From IMG/VR virus record IMGVR_UViG_3300027759_000073, positions 14,559 to 78,558 of that record: DNA of 64,000 nt; one strand, given 5' to 3'. A program made the translations under genes and the position numbers. The DNA is from a virus. Shown here in pieces: positions 38,129-48,334 of the stretch. How positions within the stretch are numbered: position 1 is the first letter of the stretch; each line of letters begins with the position of its first letter. The notes beneath the pieces are model-generated. The model had not been told where the DNA came from. It made no database searches and saw nothing but the letters and a program-made list of their open reading frames with translations.

Positions 38129-39427
38129 TCAGGCAGGTGCGCTGTTGAGTGAAACTTCAACGAACGACTCTGGACGCTTAACAGCAAGTGCAATACGCTC
38201 TTCAGCAAGTACTGCAACTGCATTGCGAACAAAGAAGTCGCTGTGTTGCTCGGAAACGCGGATGTTGCCCTCCATGCGGTCGTACAGCGTTGCGCCAACA
38301 CCGAATGAACCAAGGAGAACCTTGCCTTCGGTAATTGCTGGCGTGCTGACGATTGGCAAACGCCACAAGCGAGCATCTGCACCCATCGATACGGACATAA
38401 GCATCAAATACTGTGCTTGTGAGTCCTTCGTGAGTTCGATGTCTTCGAGGTCGTTCGGGTGAACAATCATACCTGTTGGCTCGTAGTAAGCAAGCAACGA
38501 CTTGGTGATACCACGACGAATTGCATCGAGGCGGGTATCTCCAGCGGCACCACTTGACCAAGTTGAGGTCTGAATTCCAGAGGTCGAACGGATACCAGTG
38601 AGGTTTTGTCCAACACCGTTTCCGTTAAGAATCTGGTCATCTTCTACCAAGCGGAGTCCGTACAACAGTTCGTTGTCGATAATTCCACGAAGGGTTGGCT
38701 CATCGTCCAACACATTGCGGTGAGCAACTTCGTAGTGAGCAATCGTGCGAACTGGAGCCTGAACACCAACGACGGTCATTGACGACTGTGGCTTTACACC
38801 AAAGGCGTTGTTTGCGTCGTTGCGCTCTGCAACAGTTGATGCGTTGTTGGTGAAACCAGAAACACGGAAGTATTCAACCATGTTGCTGCTCGTCTGCTGT
38901 ACATCGAAGAGTTCGCGTACGCGCATGGTGCGCTTCTGACGCTCTACGATACCCTCACGCTGTGGCGTACCGAAGTCTGTAGGAGTGCCTGATGGCAATC
39001 CTGTGTAGACATCTTTGCGACCCCAGTGTGACGAGAATGCACCATTCACTTGGAACGGAGCATGCATCGTGTAACCAGACTTACCACCAGCAATTGCCTT
39101 GAACTCGTCTGATTCAATGAACTGCTCGCCAAGCGATTTTGCGCTTTGTGGAACAATCAAACCAGACTTGGTCTGTGCTACTGGTGCGGTCATGCCTTCA
39201 GCCCATGAGCGAATTTCGCCCATGCCTTCCAAGGCCTCAATTTCAGCACGGATTTCGCGTGCCTTTGCGAGGTTGCCTCGGAATGCTTCAACATGCTTTG
39301 CTTGTACTTGAATCTCAGGTCCGCCTTCTTCGCGGGTAGCACCTGCATGATTAACGATGTCATCGTTATCTGCAAGAACTGCACGGAGGGCTGACTTGAG
39401 TTCCTTTAAACGGCTATCTGTAGCCAT
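38129..39427 (-). CDS. Major capsid protein, HK97 fold
   Basis: KSLGEQFIESDEFK, EDDQILNGNG....LTGI, HPND...I...KD, RLWRLPIV, F.RN....LAEER.ALAV.RP.SFV; strong AAGGAG RBS. Confidence 0.95.
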   Translation of the reverse strand: MATDSRLKELKSALRAVLADNDDIVNHAGATREEGGPEIQVQAKHVEAFRGNLAKAREIRAEIEALEGMGEIRSWAEGMTAPVAQTKSGLIVPQSAKSLGEQFIESDEFKAIAGGKSGYTMHAPFQVNGAFSSHWGRKDVYTGLPSGTPTDFGTPQREGIVERQKRTMRVRELFDVQQTSSNMVEYFRVSGFTNNASTVAERNDANNAFGVKPQSSMTVVGVQAPVRTIAHYEVAHRNVLDDEPTLRGIIDNELLYGLRLVEDDQILNGNGVGQNLTGIRSTSGIQTSTWSSGAAGDTRLDAIRRGITKSLLAYYEPTGMIVHPNDLEDIELTKDSQAQYLMLMSVSMGADARLWRLPIVSTPAITEGKVLLGSFGVGATLYDRMEGNIRVSEQHSDFFVRNAVAVLAEERIALAVKRPESFVEVSLNSAPA

Positions 39428-39538
39428 AGTGATATACTCCTTTTGAGTAATAGTGGAACTTCGGACACAAGGTAAGCACCTCGTATTAAATATTATGCTT
39501 GCTCTTTGCTAGTTTGTCAAGCAGGGGTTAGATTATTT

Positions 39539-39841
39539 TTAATTGTCTTCGTCTTCTTCGTCTTCGTTTTGACCAAACATGTCCAATAGGTCTTGGAATG
39601 TAACATCAGAAGCCATAAAGGGCTTGGCTATTACATCACCCTTAAATGTAATTTTGGGGCCCACTGCAATATTACTCATTGCATCTAGTATGCGTTCGAA
39701 TACAGAAACAGCAACAAATGGCGGTATTGAGCCCAAATCAACATGGATTGGCTCATCTCGGTCTTCGTAGGAAACAGAAATAGTAATCATCGGAAAGCGC
39801 AGGTTCATCTGGCTTTCAAGAGGGTCTCGACCCTCTGTCAT
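39539..39841 (-). CDS. Hypothetical protein
   Basis: 100 aa with acidic tail; overlaps the upstream stop. Confidence 0.6.
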   Translation of the reverse strand: MTEGRDPLESQMNLRFPMITISVSYEDRDEPIHVDLGSIPPFVAVSVFERILDAMSNIAVGPKITFKGDVIAKPFMASDVTFQDLLDMFGQNEDEEDEDN

Positions 39842-40824
39842 TTTTTCTTGTCTGCCTTATAAATCTTTCCGCGATAGAACATAGAACCATTGTGAATTGG
39901 AACGAGTTCTAGATGGAATGGACCATCTCCAGCGACATAGTGGACAACAGCAATTCCCTGCTGCCAGTCTTCCGTGCATGGGATTGGGCGTCCGTCGAGG
40001 TCGGTCCCGCCTTTTGTGCTTGGCACGACACCGTCTACGCGAGCAAGGCATCCTGCTGATGCGGCGAGAATAGTTTTATCCTCATCCCAATCTTGGCGGG
40101 TTCGCTCTGCCCATTCGCGGCGATGGATATGTCCATAAAGAACTGAAGTCTTTTCTGTTGCGAGGTACTTATGAGCAGTGCTTCCTCCAGATGCGACTTT
40201 GTGTCCGTGAATAATTCTCAACTTACGATTAACCCAATATGTTGACGCTGGGTATCCTGGTAAATACTTAACACCAAATTCTTCAAATCTGCAAAGATAA
40301 GGAAGCGACATGACTGGCCATGAGTCTGGGATATTCCCACGCTTCAAACCAAAAGCAGCATTTGCATTATCAAGAATATAATTTCCTAATCTTGCTTCAT
40401 GATTTCCCTCAAGCCAAACAATTTCAGCGAGTGGAGATGCTGCACGAAGGCGCGCCATAAGCGTTGTTAAATAATCAATTGTTTTTTGTGTTGTCAATTG
40501 ATAAGCAGGAGTTAGTCTGTACTTTCCAAATTCTGCAAAGTCAGCATTGTCTCCATTCATCGCAATTACATCTGGCTTTGATTCTTTAATAAATTCAACA
40601 GCCAGATTGATTGCAATTTCATCATGGATAGCAACAAAATTGCCATTTACATCCCTGAAATAACCACATTGCATATCTGGTAAAACTACGCATGTTTTAA
40701 ACTGCGACTTTTCTTTTTTAACAGTTGGAACAGTTGGGAGTTTTATTGACGGGCCTCTTTTTACTACTGGCCATTCTGGGGAGTTACGATTCATTGCTGA
40801 TTTTAAATCTTTTGACAATGACAT
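39838..40824 (-). CDS. Calcineurin-like metallophosphoesterase
   Basis: PDMQ, NGD..D, EGNHE, IHG and GHIH motifs. Confidence 0.88.
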   Translation of the reverse strand: MSLSKDLKSAMNRNSPEWPVVKRGPSIKLPTVPTVKKEKSQFKTCVVLPDMQCGYFRDVNGNFVAIHDEIAINLAVEFIKESKPDVIAMNGDNADFAEFGKYRLTPAYQLTTQKTIDYLTTLMARLRAASPLAEIVWLEGNHEARLGNYILDNANAAFGLKRGNIPDSWPVMSLPYLCRFEEFGVKYLPGYPASTYWVNRKLRIIHGHKVASGGSTAHKYLATEKTSVLYGHIHRREWAERTRQDWDEDKTILAASAGCLARVDGVVPSTKGGTDLDGRPIPCTEDWQQGIAVVHYVAGDGPFHLELVPIHNGSMFYRGKIYKADKKK

Positions 40825-41084
40825 TATTTGCCCCCAATATAATTGTTGCTTCTGGTTTCAAAATTTTCAACATTAGCATGTCGCCAATTGTCTACAGCAC
40901 TCCTACCAATTACATAGCCGCGACCTTTTAGAACTTTTGAAATTGTGCGACTTGAAACTGACAAGTTCTTCATTGCATCAACGAGCGAAGCAGAATCTTT
41001 TGCACTCAAAGATGCCAAAAGTTTATCTACCTTGCCGATTGTCGTGCTCTTTTGAACTCTGGCTATTTCCTTGCCAATATCCAC
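40824..41084 (-). CDS. Small HTH-like protein
   Basis: SSRTISKVLKGRGYVIGRSAVDNWR. Confidence 0.55.
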   Translation of the reverse strand: MDIGKEIARVQKSTTIGKVDKLLASLSAKDSASLVDAMKNLSVSSRTISKVLKGRGYVIGRSAVDNWRHANVENFETRSNNYIGGK

Positions 41085-41092
41085 AACCCCTC

Positions 41093-41115
41093 CACGGGCG
41101 CTACTAACGCCCGTG
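41093..41115 (-). terminator. Hairpin after scaffold-like gene
   Basis: CACGGGCG-N7-CGCCCGTG; no U-tract. Confidence 0.45.
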
Positions 41116-41119
41116 AATA

Positions 41120-42010
41120 CTATAGCACTTTGATGAGGTCGTGGAACTCTTTAAGGTCATCGAACGAAAGTTCTGCTGTTTCCATCTGAACCAATTCAGA
41201 CTTTTCTTCAGCAACAACTTCTTCAGCGGCGACTTCTTCTACTGCTGCTTCAACTGCTACTTCTTCTGCTGGTGCATCTGCAGCAACTTCTTCGACAGCA
41301 ACTTCAGCAACTACTTCTTCAGCAACTGCTTCGGCGGCTTCATCCGACTTAGTCTCAACAGCAATTTCTTCTGCCTTAACTTCTGCGGTGTTCATTGCAG
41401 CAAGAGCCTTAGCAACTTCGCGTGCAACAATCTCGGCAATCTGTGCTTCAATGTTCATGTCTATGCTCTTTTCTCCATCTTCGGCCATTGGCATTGTATC
41501 CGCTGGCATATTTTCATCTACTGGGTCTTCGTCATCCATTGGCTCTGGAAGTTCTTCAACCATAGTCAATGCATCACCGTATGCTACTACAGTAACATTA
41601 GTAGGCATCCATTCGTCTTCATCCCACATCATAACGCGCACAACATAGGCTGGGCGCTCTGCGGAGCCTTCAATTTCAAGGCCTTGAGGCTCACCGCGAA
41701 CAGTTCCTTCTGCTGAGGAAGACAAAATATCGCCGTAATATGTGCCGTTTGAGGTCTCCCATGAAACAAGAGCGCCTTCAGTCATTCCTTCATCGACTTT
41801 TTCCATGACCACAAAAGTACGAAGTTTTACATCTTCAACTGCAATTAAAACAGTTTCATCTGTCTCTTCAAGTCCTTCCATGTCAAGACATTTCTGCACA
41901 AGCGCCTGGCCATCTTCGGAGATTCCAACGATGATGCCAATACTGTCATCGCTCAATAGAGCCTGCTGCCCAACAAAGGACTTATACGACTCAATATCAA
42001 TCTTGCTCAT
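41120..42010 (-). CDS. Acidic scaffold-like/internal head protein
   Basis: Very Glu/Ala/Val-rich C-terminal half; shares a V.W..S.G..YG.I domain with the protease. Confidence 0.6.
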   Translation of the reverse strand: MSKIDIESYKSFVGQQALLSDDSIGIIVGISEDGQALVQKCLDMEGLEETDETVLIAVEDVKLRTFVVMEKVDEGMTEGALVSWETSNGTYYGDILSSSAEGTVRGEPQGLEIEGSAERPAYVVRVMMWDEDEWMPTNVTVVAYGDALTMVEELPEPMDDEDPVDENMPADTMPMAEDGEKSIDMNIEAQIAEIVAREVAKALAAMNTAEVKAEEIAVETKSDEAAEAVAEEVVAEVAVEEVAADAPAEEVAVEAAVEEVAAEEVVAEEKSELVQMETAELSFDDLKEFHDLIKVL

Positions 42011-44744
42011 CTGTTTTCTCCGTGATAGATAGTGGCTCACTAATGAGGCCTTTTTGCATCATAACATTATCAATGTACCCATCTGACTTTAGTTCAGGTG
42101 GTTTCTTGCCGAAGTCACGGTAGTGACGAGCGAGATGATTATACACAGCCTTGCGGTCTTCTCCGCGAAGTATCGTTCCGCCGCGTCCACCGTTGAGGAT
42201 TGCCATTTCGGATTTCAACTCTGAGTATGCAGCAGCACCTGGCTGTCCGTCTTCTGAAACATGGTGATGGATAAATGTGTAGTGCGTTTTACGAGTTCCG
42301 TCGGTACCAGGAATATGATAAGCAAAAATCTTGCTGTAATAGTCCTTCCCTTCTGGTGAACGAGTATTAAGAATTGCCGAGCGGTCGAGTCTTTCATCGT
42401 CGCGAACTGCAGTCTTATGCGATGGGATTGGTCCTCCAGCAGCCTTCACTTCGATTCCAGAATCTGGGCTAAGCGGCTTTGAGATGATTCCTTTTTGAAT
42501 CATGATGTAGTCAACAAATTCATCTGACTTCAGTTCTGGAGGTTCTTTTCCAGCATCGCGATAATGTGAAGCGATATGGTTGTAAACGCCACGGCGTGCC
42601 TCACCACGAAGAACTGTTCCAGAGCGACCACCGTTCAAAACAGCCATTGAATTAATCAGCGCCGAGTACGAAGCCTCTCCTGGGGTTCCATCATTTCCGA
42701 CATAGTGGTGGATGAAATTGTAGTGAGTTTTACGGGTTCCATCGGTATTTGGATTTTGGAATGCAAACAGTCTGTTGTAATAAGATGGAGTTGCTGGTGA
42801 TTTCATATTGCGAAAAGGAACTGTCTTATCCCAAGCCCGTGAAGTATTTACATCAGTTTTATGGGTTGCAATAACACGACCATTTGGGCCTGCATCTTTA
42901 ACTTCTTCATCAATAGAAATCATCGACTTTGGATATTCAACTTGCTGGCTTCCCATATCCGCATCTGTTACTGGTCCACCAGTTACCCAAGCATCACAGG
43001 TTCGTTGTCCAGCACACTTAAAATCAAAAATTTCGCAGTAACCAAGGTTCGCTTTTTCAACAATTGCAACTGCCTCTGGGCCTGAATCAAGACCTTTTTC
43101 TATGCATGAAATCATTTTTTCAGTCTGAATAAATGCAGCACAATTTGAGCACAAAGATTGCTTTGCAATTTCTGGAGTTGTATTAAATAAATCTCCCTTT
43201 GCAACCCAAAACTCTTCGTTCGGTAATTCTGGATTCATTGGTCCATAATTTGCAACTTTGACTGCATTTAGTCTGTTTGCAAGATTGATGGAAACATCTT
43301 GAGTTGCTGCTGGGCACCCATCAATTGTTTCCTCTTCCATGTCAATGGCTTTTTCACCTTCCATCTCTGAATTTAGTTCTTCAAGATGTGCCTGTGCTTC
43401 GGCAAGATTGAGATGGCATCCATCGGTGACAATTCCCTCTCCAACTTTTACGACTGCATAACCGCTACAACCCTGAACATCTTGCTCAATGCTGTATGGC
43501 TTTTCTTCTGGAGCATTTGGCGTGGTACCAATTCGCTGCGGTGTACCGAAAGAGCCTGGTGTTCCTGATGGCATATCAGTGAAGGCATCCTTCTTCGAAA
43601 TATCCATCTTTGTAAGGGTTGAGAACTTATGCCCAACTCGCACTTCTGTAGGAGAATAATCAAGCCCCTCTTTGCGGTAAACACGAATTAATGCTGCTGG
43701 GTCTTCTGGTGTACCAGTAATAGCGAAACTGCTATTCGGGACATCTATTTCACCGTCGCGCTCAATACGCTCAATTCGTCCGTATGCTCTACCACCAGAT
43801 GCGCGCCAAGTAACAAAGTCGCTAGTCTTCAGCCCGTTTGGTTCTGCTTTCATTTCATCGCGTGAGTTCATTGCGTCAACAAGTTTTTGAGCCCAGCGCC
43901 ATCCAGCATTTCCACCCCAGAGTTTCCATGCAATCAGTCCTGCACCTGGATAACCATCTGCGCCTGGCTTGCTATTGGCTGGAGTCTTGAGGTCTACTGC
44001 GTGGCGAGGGAAGTAGCGCGCGATGTGACGAGCCTTTTCAGGGCTAACAGCAGAATTGTTGAGTAGGTAATTAGCCGTAGCCTTACCGACCTCAGTTCCG
44101 CCTCGGTTAAATTCTTTCGACCACCCGAGACCAGTCTCTGCTTGACTTTTAACACCAGAAGGAATGCCGAAATCAATATCGTCGTACTTTCCAGGAGCCT
44201 TTGCTTCAATTTCGACTCCGTCCTCTTTTAGGCTTAATGTACGGGTGCTTGGGGCAGCACCAAAAATTACTGGTGAGTACTCAAACAGTTCCAATTGCTT
44301 GATATAGCGAATTCCAGTTTTTGAATCAACTGTGTATTTTCCTTCTGGAACCGCGTAGCCAATTGACCATTCTTGCTCTGGGCCGAAGAACTGGACATCA
44401 AAAAAGGCATCGCGCCCACGGCTTGTATTTAGATTGAACTGCATTTTTACAAGCAGAGCACCAGCATTTTGCTGAATAAGGTCATTTGGAAGGCGTGGGT
44501 CATTTGGAAGAAGTTCCTCAACACGGAGAGTCTTACCAACTGGGATATTCGTATCGTGAGACCATACGACTTTAGGGTTACGCTTCTTTAGAGTTAATTT
44601 ATAAGCGCCTGGCTCAATTACATCGTTTACGGAGTCGACGATATTGGTAACGGAGACAATTGCCTCAACGATTCCATCCACATCATCAATGCCACGAACT
44701 GATGAAACTGATACTTGTTTGTGTTCCAAAACGGCCTCCTGCAA
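41997..44744 (-). CDS. HK97-family prohead protease with multiple appended domains
   Basis: DSVNDVIEPGA, WSHD...PVG, EWSIGY, LFEYSPV..GA in the first ~170 aa; ~740 aa of extra domains. Confidence 0.88.
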   Translation of the reverse strand: MQEAVLEHKQVSVSSVRGIDDVDGIVEAIVSVTNIVDSVNDVIEPGAYKLTLKKRNPKVVWSHDTNIPVGKTLRVEELLPNDPRLPNDLIQQNAGALLVKMQFNLNTSRGRDAFFDVQFFGPEQEWSIGYAVPEGKYTVDSKTGIRYIKQLELFEYSPVIFGAAPSTRTLSLKEDGVEIEAKAPGKYDDIDFGIPSGVKSQAETGLGWSKEFNRGGTEVGKATANYLLNNSAVSPEKARHIARYFPRHAVDLKTPANSKPGADGYPGAGLIAWKLWGGNAGWRWAQKLVDAMNSRDEMKAEPNGLKTSDFVTWRASGGRAYGRIERIERDGEIDVPNSSFAITGTPEDPAALIRVYRKEGLDYSPTEVRVGHKFSTLTKMDISKKDAFTDMPSGTPGSFGTPQRIGTTPNAPEEKPYSIEQDVQGCSGYAVVKVGEGIVTDGCHLNLAEAQAHLEELNSEMEGEKAIDMEEETIDGCPAATQDVSINLANRLNAVKVANYGPMNPELPNEEFWVAKGDLFNTTPEIAKQSLCSNCAAFIQTEKMISCIEKGLDSGPEAVAIVEKANLGYCEIFDFKCAGQRTCDAWVTGGPVTDADMGSQQVEYPKSMISIDEEVKDAGPNGRVIATHKTDVNTSRAWDKTVPFRNMKSPATPSYYNRLFAFQNPNTDGTRKTHYNFIHHYVGNDGTPGEASYSALINSMAVLNGGRSGTVLRGEARRGVYNHIASHYRDAGKEPPELKSDEFVDYIMIQKGIISKPLSPDSGIEVKAAGGPIPSHKTAVRDDERLDRSAILNTRSPEGKDYYSKIFAYHIPGTDGTRKTHYTFIHHHVSEDGQPGAAAYSELKSEMAILNGGRGGTILRGEDRKAVYNHLARHYRDFGKKPPELKSDGYIDNVMMQKGLISEPLSITEKTDEQD

Positions 44745-44809
44745 GAAGAGTAGCAGAAAATTGCAGTAAATGTTGTAATGTAGAGACTAACTATTTAATT
44801 TCGTATAGT

Positions 44810-46981
44810 CTATGAAAACAAAAGTGTGCAACTGCAGTTCATCACAAACTCAGTTGGTGCTTCTGGGTCTCCAGGGTACATTGCAGACTTGCCATTAATC
44901 TCAAACTTCTCGTCGATGCCGACTGTCTGACTGGCAAGTTCAGCGTGCTCATTGCGTGCTGAGTCTTGACTTGGGCGGTGAACCCATGTCTTTTTTGTAT
45001 ATCCAAGTTCTTTTGCTGCCCATAGAAGACCAGCATTGAACGCCCCGCCAACTTCTGTTTTGGAGATTGTTTTAACTCGCGAACTAAATGCCGAAGCGAA
45101 CCATGCTTTTAGAGCAGTGATGAACTCTTGGTGCGACTTTGAGCGATGCTCGCTAATAATTTTTTCAATATTGCGCTTGCTCGTCTCGTTAATAGATGAA
45201 ATAGCCTTAATTCGTGGGCTAACGATTTCGTCCATCGTTACATTTCCTGGGTTTAAAGAATCAACTTTTGTTGAGGCTACTTCGATTGCCCCATCAAGGA
45301 ACACTGATGCAACCCATGTTTTTGCATCGGAGATGAGTTGGTCATTCCACACGGCAACATCAAAAATGTCTTCTGCTTTGATTCCTTCTCCAGAATCCCA
45401 TTTTTCCTTAACCTTTTTAGAGGCTGCTTTTTCAATTGTTACTCGCTCTTGGCGCTTCAACATTGAACCAATCTGAAGCGCGACACTTTGCTCAAGACGG
45501 GTAATCTGGCGCGTGCGGCGAACCCCAATGTCTTCGGAAGACTTTGATTCCTCAATGTCATGGGCTAAAGGGGTTAGTGGTGGTGTAAAAATTGACCTTG
45601 GTGTTGGAGGGTTGGTCGGCTCTATCGAATCGTTTGGTCGCGAGTTCGGACTTGAGTTTGGCAACGCTGGGTCTGGTGCATCCGCAGGACGGCGACCTGG
45701 CCTTTGGTTCGGGTTCAACGGAGCGCCATCTTCTGGTTGTTGCTGACCGCCATTGTTTGTCTGCATGACAACTGGTGAAAGGTTTGTTGGGATTAGCAAC
45801 TCATCAATTCCAACACCTTCGCGCCCAGTGAGTTCGCGGTATTCATCAATTGAAATTGCACCCTGCTTCAATTCTTCAAGATGGAATCGAGCACGCTCTC
45901 TATCGTCACGGCTCAAAATTGCAACCGAAGAAAGGTCATAAGCAAAGTATGTAGTTGGGTCTTCGTCTAATTTGTCAAAAGACCGCTCAAGAAGCGTCAG
46001 GTGAGGAACCATTGTCTCTCGCCAGAATACTTCTAGTTCAACATCAGCATTAGCAAATGTCCTATTTGATGCATTTCCAATTACTGATTCGGGTACACCA
46101 AAGGCGAGAAGAATCTCTTCCTTGTTCATTTGACGAGCCTCGATATATTGAGCATCTCGCTGATTGGTTGATGTATCAATAAACTTTGCATCTTCAGCAG
46201 ACATTACGGTTAGGCGACCTGCGCCACCGATATTTGAGCCAGTACTTCCCTTGAAGCGGCGTTGAATTTCTTCTGCCTGTTCTTCTTCCATGTCTCCGTT
46301 AATTACAAGAATTCCGCCTGGTCGACCATCATTAACCATAAAGTTACGGTTGAAAACTTTTGCGTAATAGTCGTACTCAATTGCTAGTCCAGCAGACTCA
46401 AGTGGAGTCTGTCCTTTGAATGGGTCAATTGGGTGTGGAACTCTTGTCCAAATTACATCTTTGGCATCAATGATTCTTTTTGGGGTATTTGGATACTCAA
46501 CAGAGAATCCAGATACGAATCTGTCTGGGTCTGGAATTGGGAAGGTGTATTGCGGAGGAAGCAAAACTAGTGCGGCAACTTCTCCCATGCGATTACGAAT
46601 GATTTCCACAAACGCACCACGCTGAGAAAGCAACAACTGCGATGACAGCATAAAGCGGAATGAAAAAGCATCTTGACCAGGGTTTGCATTGCGATTCATA
46701 ATCTGCAAAATTGGGTCGTCGTATGTTAGTTCGCCGATTCTCCAGTCGCCCTTTCTCATGGCAATCGGGAGAGATGCAGCGTTTGCTGAAATTGCGTAAA
46801 CTGCTTTGTAAACCCAAGTAACTCTGTCAAGTGCTTGTGTTACTGAGCGCTCCAAGTCCCAGCCATCTTTGTATGGCTTTAGGGGGCGGCCAGGACCGCT
46901 TGATGGTGCGTAAAACTGTTTCTTATCTGGGGCTACAAAACCTTGTTGGTCGTGTGTGTTAAATGAGCGAAGGAATGCCAT
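44810..46981 (-). CDS. Portal protein fused to MuF-like head morphogenesis domain
   Basis: HK97-type portal (GQTPL, F.N.G.PGGIL, I..AFGVP...IG...TFAN); C-terminus TE....N...K.W......R..H......V...F......YPGDP......NC.C. Confidence 0.9.
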   Translation of the reverse strand: MAFLRSFNTHDQQGFVAPDKKQFYAPSSGPGRPLKPYKDGWDLERSVTQALDRVTWVYKAVYAISANAASLPIAMRKGDWRIGELTYDDPILQIMNRNANPGQDAFSFRFMLSSQLLLSQRGAFVEIIRNRMGEVAALVLLPPQYTFPIPDPDRFVSGFSVEYPNTPKRIIDAKDVIWTRVPHPIDPFKGQTPLESAGLAIEYDYYAKVFNRNFMVNDGRPGGILVINGDMEEEQAEEIQRRFKGSTGSNIGGAGRLTVMSAEDAKFIDTSTNQRDAQYIEARQMNKEEILLAFGVPESVIGNASNRTFANADVELEVFWRETMVPHLTLLERSFDKLDEDPTTYFAYDLSSVAILSRDDRERARFHLEELKQGAISIDEYRELTGREGVGIDELLIPTNLSPVVMQTNNGGQQQPEDGAPLNPNQRPGRRPADAPDPALPNSSPNSRPNDSIEPTNPPTPRSIFTPPLTPLAHDIEESKSSEDIGVRRTRQITRLEQSVALQIGSMLKRQERVTIEKAASKKVKEKWDSGEGIKAEDIFDVAVWNDQLISDAKTWVASVFLDGAIEVASTKVDSLNPGNVTMDEIVSPRIKAISSINETSKRNIEKIISEHRSKSHQEFITALKAWFASAFSSRVKTISKTEVGGAFNAGLLWAAKELGYTKKTWVHRPSQDSARNEHAELASQTVGIDEKFEINGKSAMYPGDPEAPTEFVMNCSCTLLFS

Positions 46982-46984
46982 TTA

Positions 46985-47209
46985 CTACCCTCTCTCGTAT
47001 CCAAATAAAATACCAATACCAATTAGACATGCCGCGATAACACATACGCCAGCAATGTCGCTGTACATAAAACCAGCAGTAGAAGCAGAAGACACACCGC
47101 CAGCAATCGCTGTAGTGGAGATTCTTCCTCTTAAATCAATGTTCAACTTTGGCGATATAAACCAAACTAGGCCAGCCATAAATACTGCTACTGCTAGACC
47201 TATATACAT
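46985..47209 (-). CDS. Small membrane protein
   Basis: Hydrophobic 74 aa starting MYIGLAV with GAGG RBS; just upstream of the portal. Confidence 0.65.
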   Translation of the reverse strand: MYIGLAVAVFMAGLVWFISPKLNIDLRGRISTTAIAGGVSSASTAGFMYSDIAGVCVIAACLIGIGILFGYERG

Positions 47210-47290
47210 ACCGAAATCCTCTTTTGAATTAGCCGTGCCAATTTCATATACCAACACTAAGTTACACTAAATTTTCATAGAATTGTTTGC

Positions 47291-47332
47291 GTGTCACGGG
47301 ATAAGTCGTTCCCACTAACCCTCCCGTGACAC
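47291..47332 (-). terminator. Hairpin after ssb
   Basis: GTGTCACGGGA...TCCCGTGACAC 11-bp stem. Confidence 0.55.
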
Positions 47333-47342
47333 ACAAATTCAA

Positions 47343-47789
47343 TCAGAATGGCGGTTCGTCATCAAGGAATGATGCCGCTGCTGGCTTCTTGCCAGTATTC
47401 TGGTACTGCTGACCACTTTGCGCGGCAGGGTTTCCAGACTTTGCAACGCCTTCTACTGTTGCTTTTCGCAGTGAAACTGCAATGTCATCAGCAATAACTA
47501 CAACCTTTTTCTTGGTTGAGCCGTCGTTTTTGTCTGTCCATTCCTGCTGTTCTAGCCGTCCAACCACAACAACCTTATTGCCCTTGCTCAGGCTGGCTGC
47601 TGCGTTATCTGCTAGTTCTCCCCACGCTGTGAGGTCAAAGAATGATGTTTGCTCTTCCCAGTTATCTTGCTTGTCCCGCCAACGGCGAGTGACAGCAATA
47701 CCTACTGTTAATAGCGAAGAACCAGTCTTCGTTGCTTTAAGAACTGGGTCTGCTGTGAGATTGCCAGTCATTGTTACCTGTGTGCTCAT
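47343..47789 (-). CDS. ssb: Single-stranded DNA-binding protein
   Basis: GNLTADP, W.ELADN...SLSKG..V.V.GRL.Q; C-terminal DDEPPF (actinobacterial type). Confidence 0.95.
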   Translation of the reverse strand: MSTQVTMTGNLTADPVLKATKTGSSLLTVGIAVTRRWRDKQDNWEEQTSFFDLTAWGELADNAAASLSKGNKVVVVGRLEQQEWTDKNDGSTKKKVVVIADDIAVSLRKATVEGVAKSGNPAAQSGQQYQNTGKKPAAASFLDDEPPF

Positions 47790-48334
47790 TTTTCTCCTGA
47801 TTTTTCTTTATCCTGATTTTTCATGTCTAACAAGAACCAGCCTCTAATCCACATGATTGCAATTATGGAATAACCACAAATGTCAAGCCATGTGTCTTTT
47901 ACAGGCTCAAAAAGTACGGGGCCGTCAAAGCCACGCAGGTTCTTGAGTCTTTCCAACTTATCATTCATACGAATGACAATGCCTGGAACCTCGAAACGGG
48001 CGATGTTTCCATGCCCGTACATCTTTTGTTTTCCCACAACAGTTGTATACACAAATGCTGCTGAAGCCTTATGGTCTTCTTTCCCGACCAAAGAATATCC
48101 ATGCAGACCAGCAACCGCAAGATTAAAAAACATTTCCTCAAGGAAGTCTGGGTCTACATCTTTAGTGTGAAATGCCAAGTCAACAATTTCGTCAAAGTTC
48201 TTCTGAACAAAATCATTGACTTTAGATTCGCTCTTGCTTTTTGCAATCTCGTATTGTTTGCACTTATCAGCAATTTCATTTACTACTAGAGCAGCGGCGC
48301 TTTCCCAATTTCCTGGTTTAATATCTTTTCTCAC
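47786..48334 (-). CDS. DUF1599-like (nucleotide-modification-associated) protein
   Basis: K...YG..NI, IRMNDKLERLKNL, E...DTWLDICGYSII. Confidence 0.7.
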   Translation of the reverse strand: MRKDIKPGNWESAAALVVNEIADKCKQYEIAKSKSESKVNDFVQKNFDEIVDLAFHTKDVDPDFLEEMFFNLAVAGLHGYSLVGKEDHKASAAFVYTTVVGKQKMYGHGNIARFEVPGIVIRMNDKLERLKNLRGFDGPVLFEPVKDTWLDICGYSIIAIMWIRGWFLLDMKNQDKEKSGEK

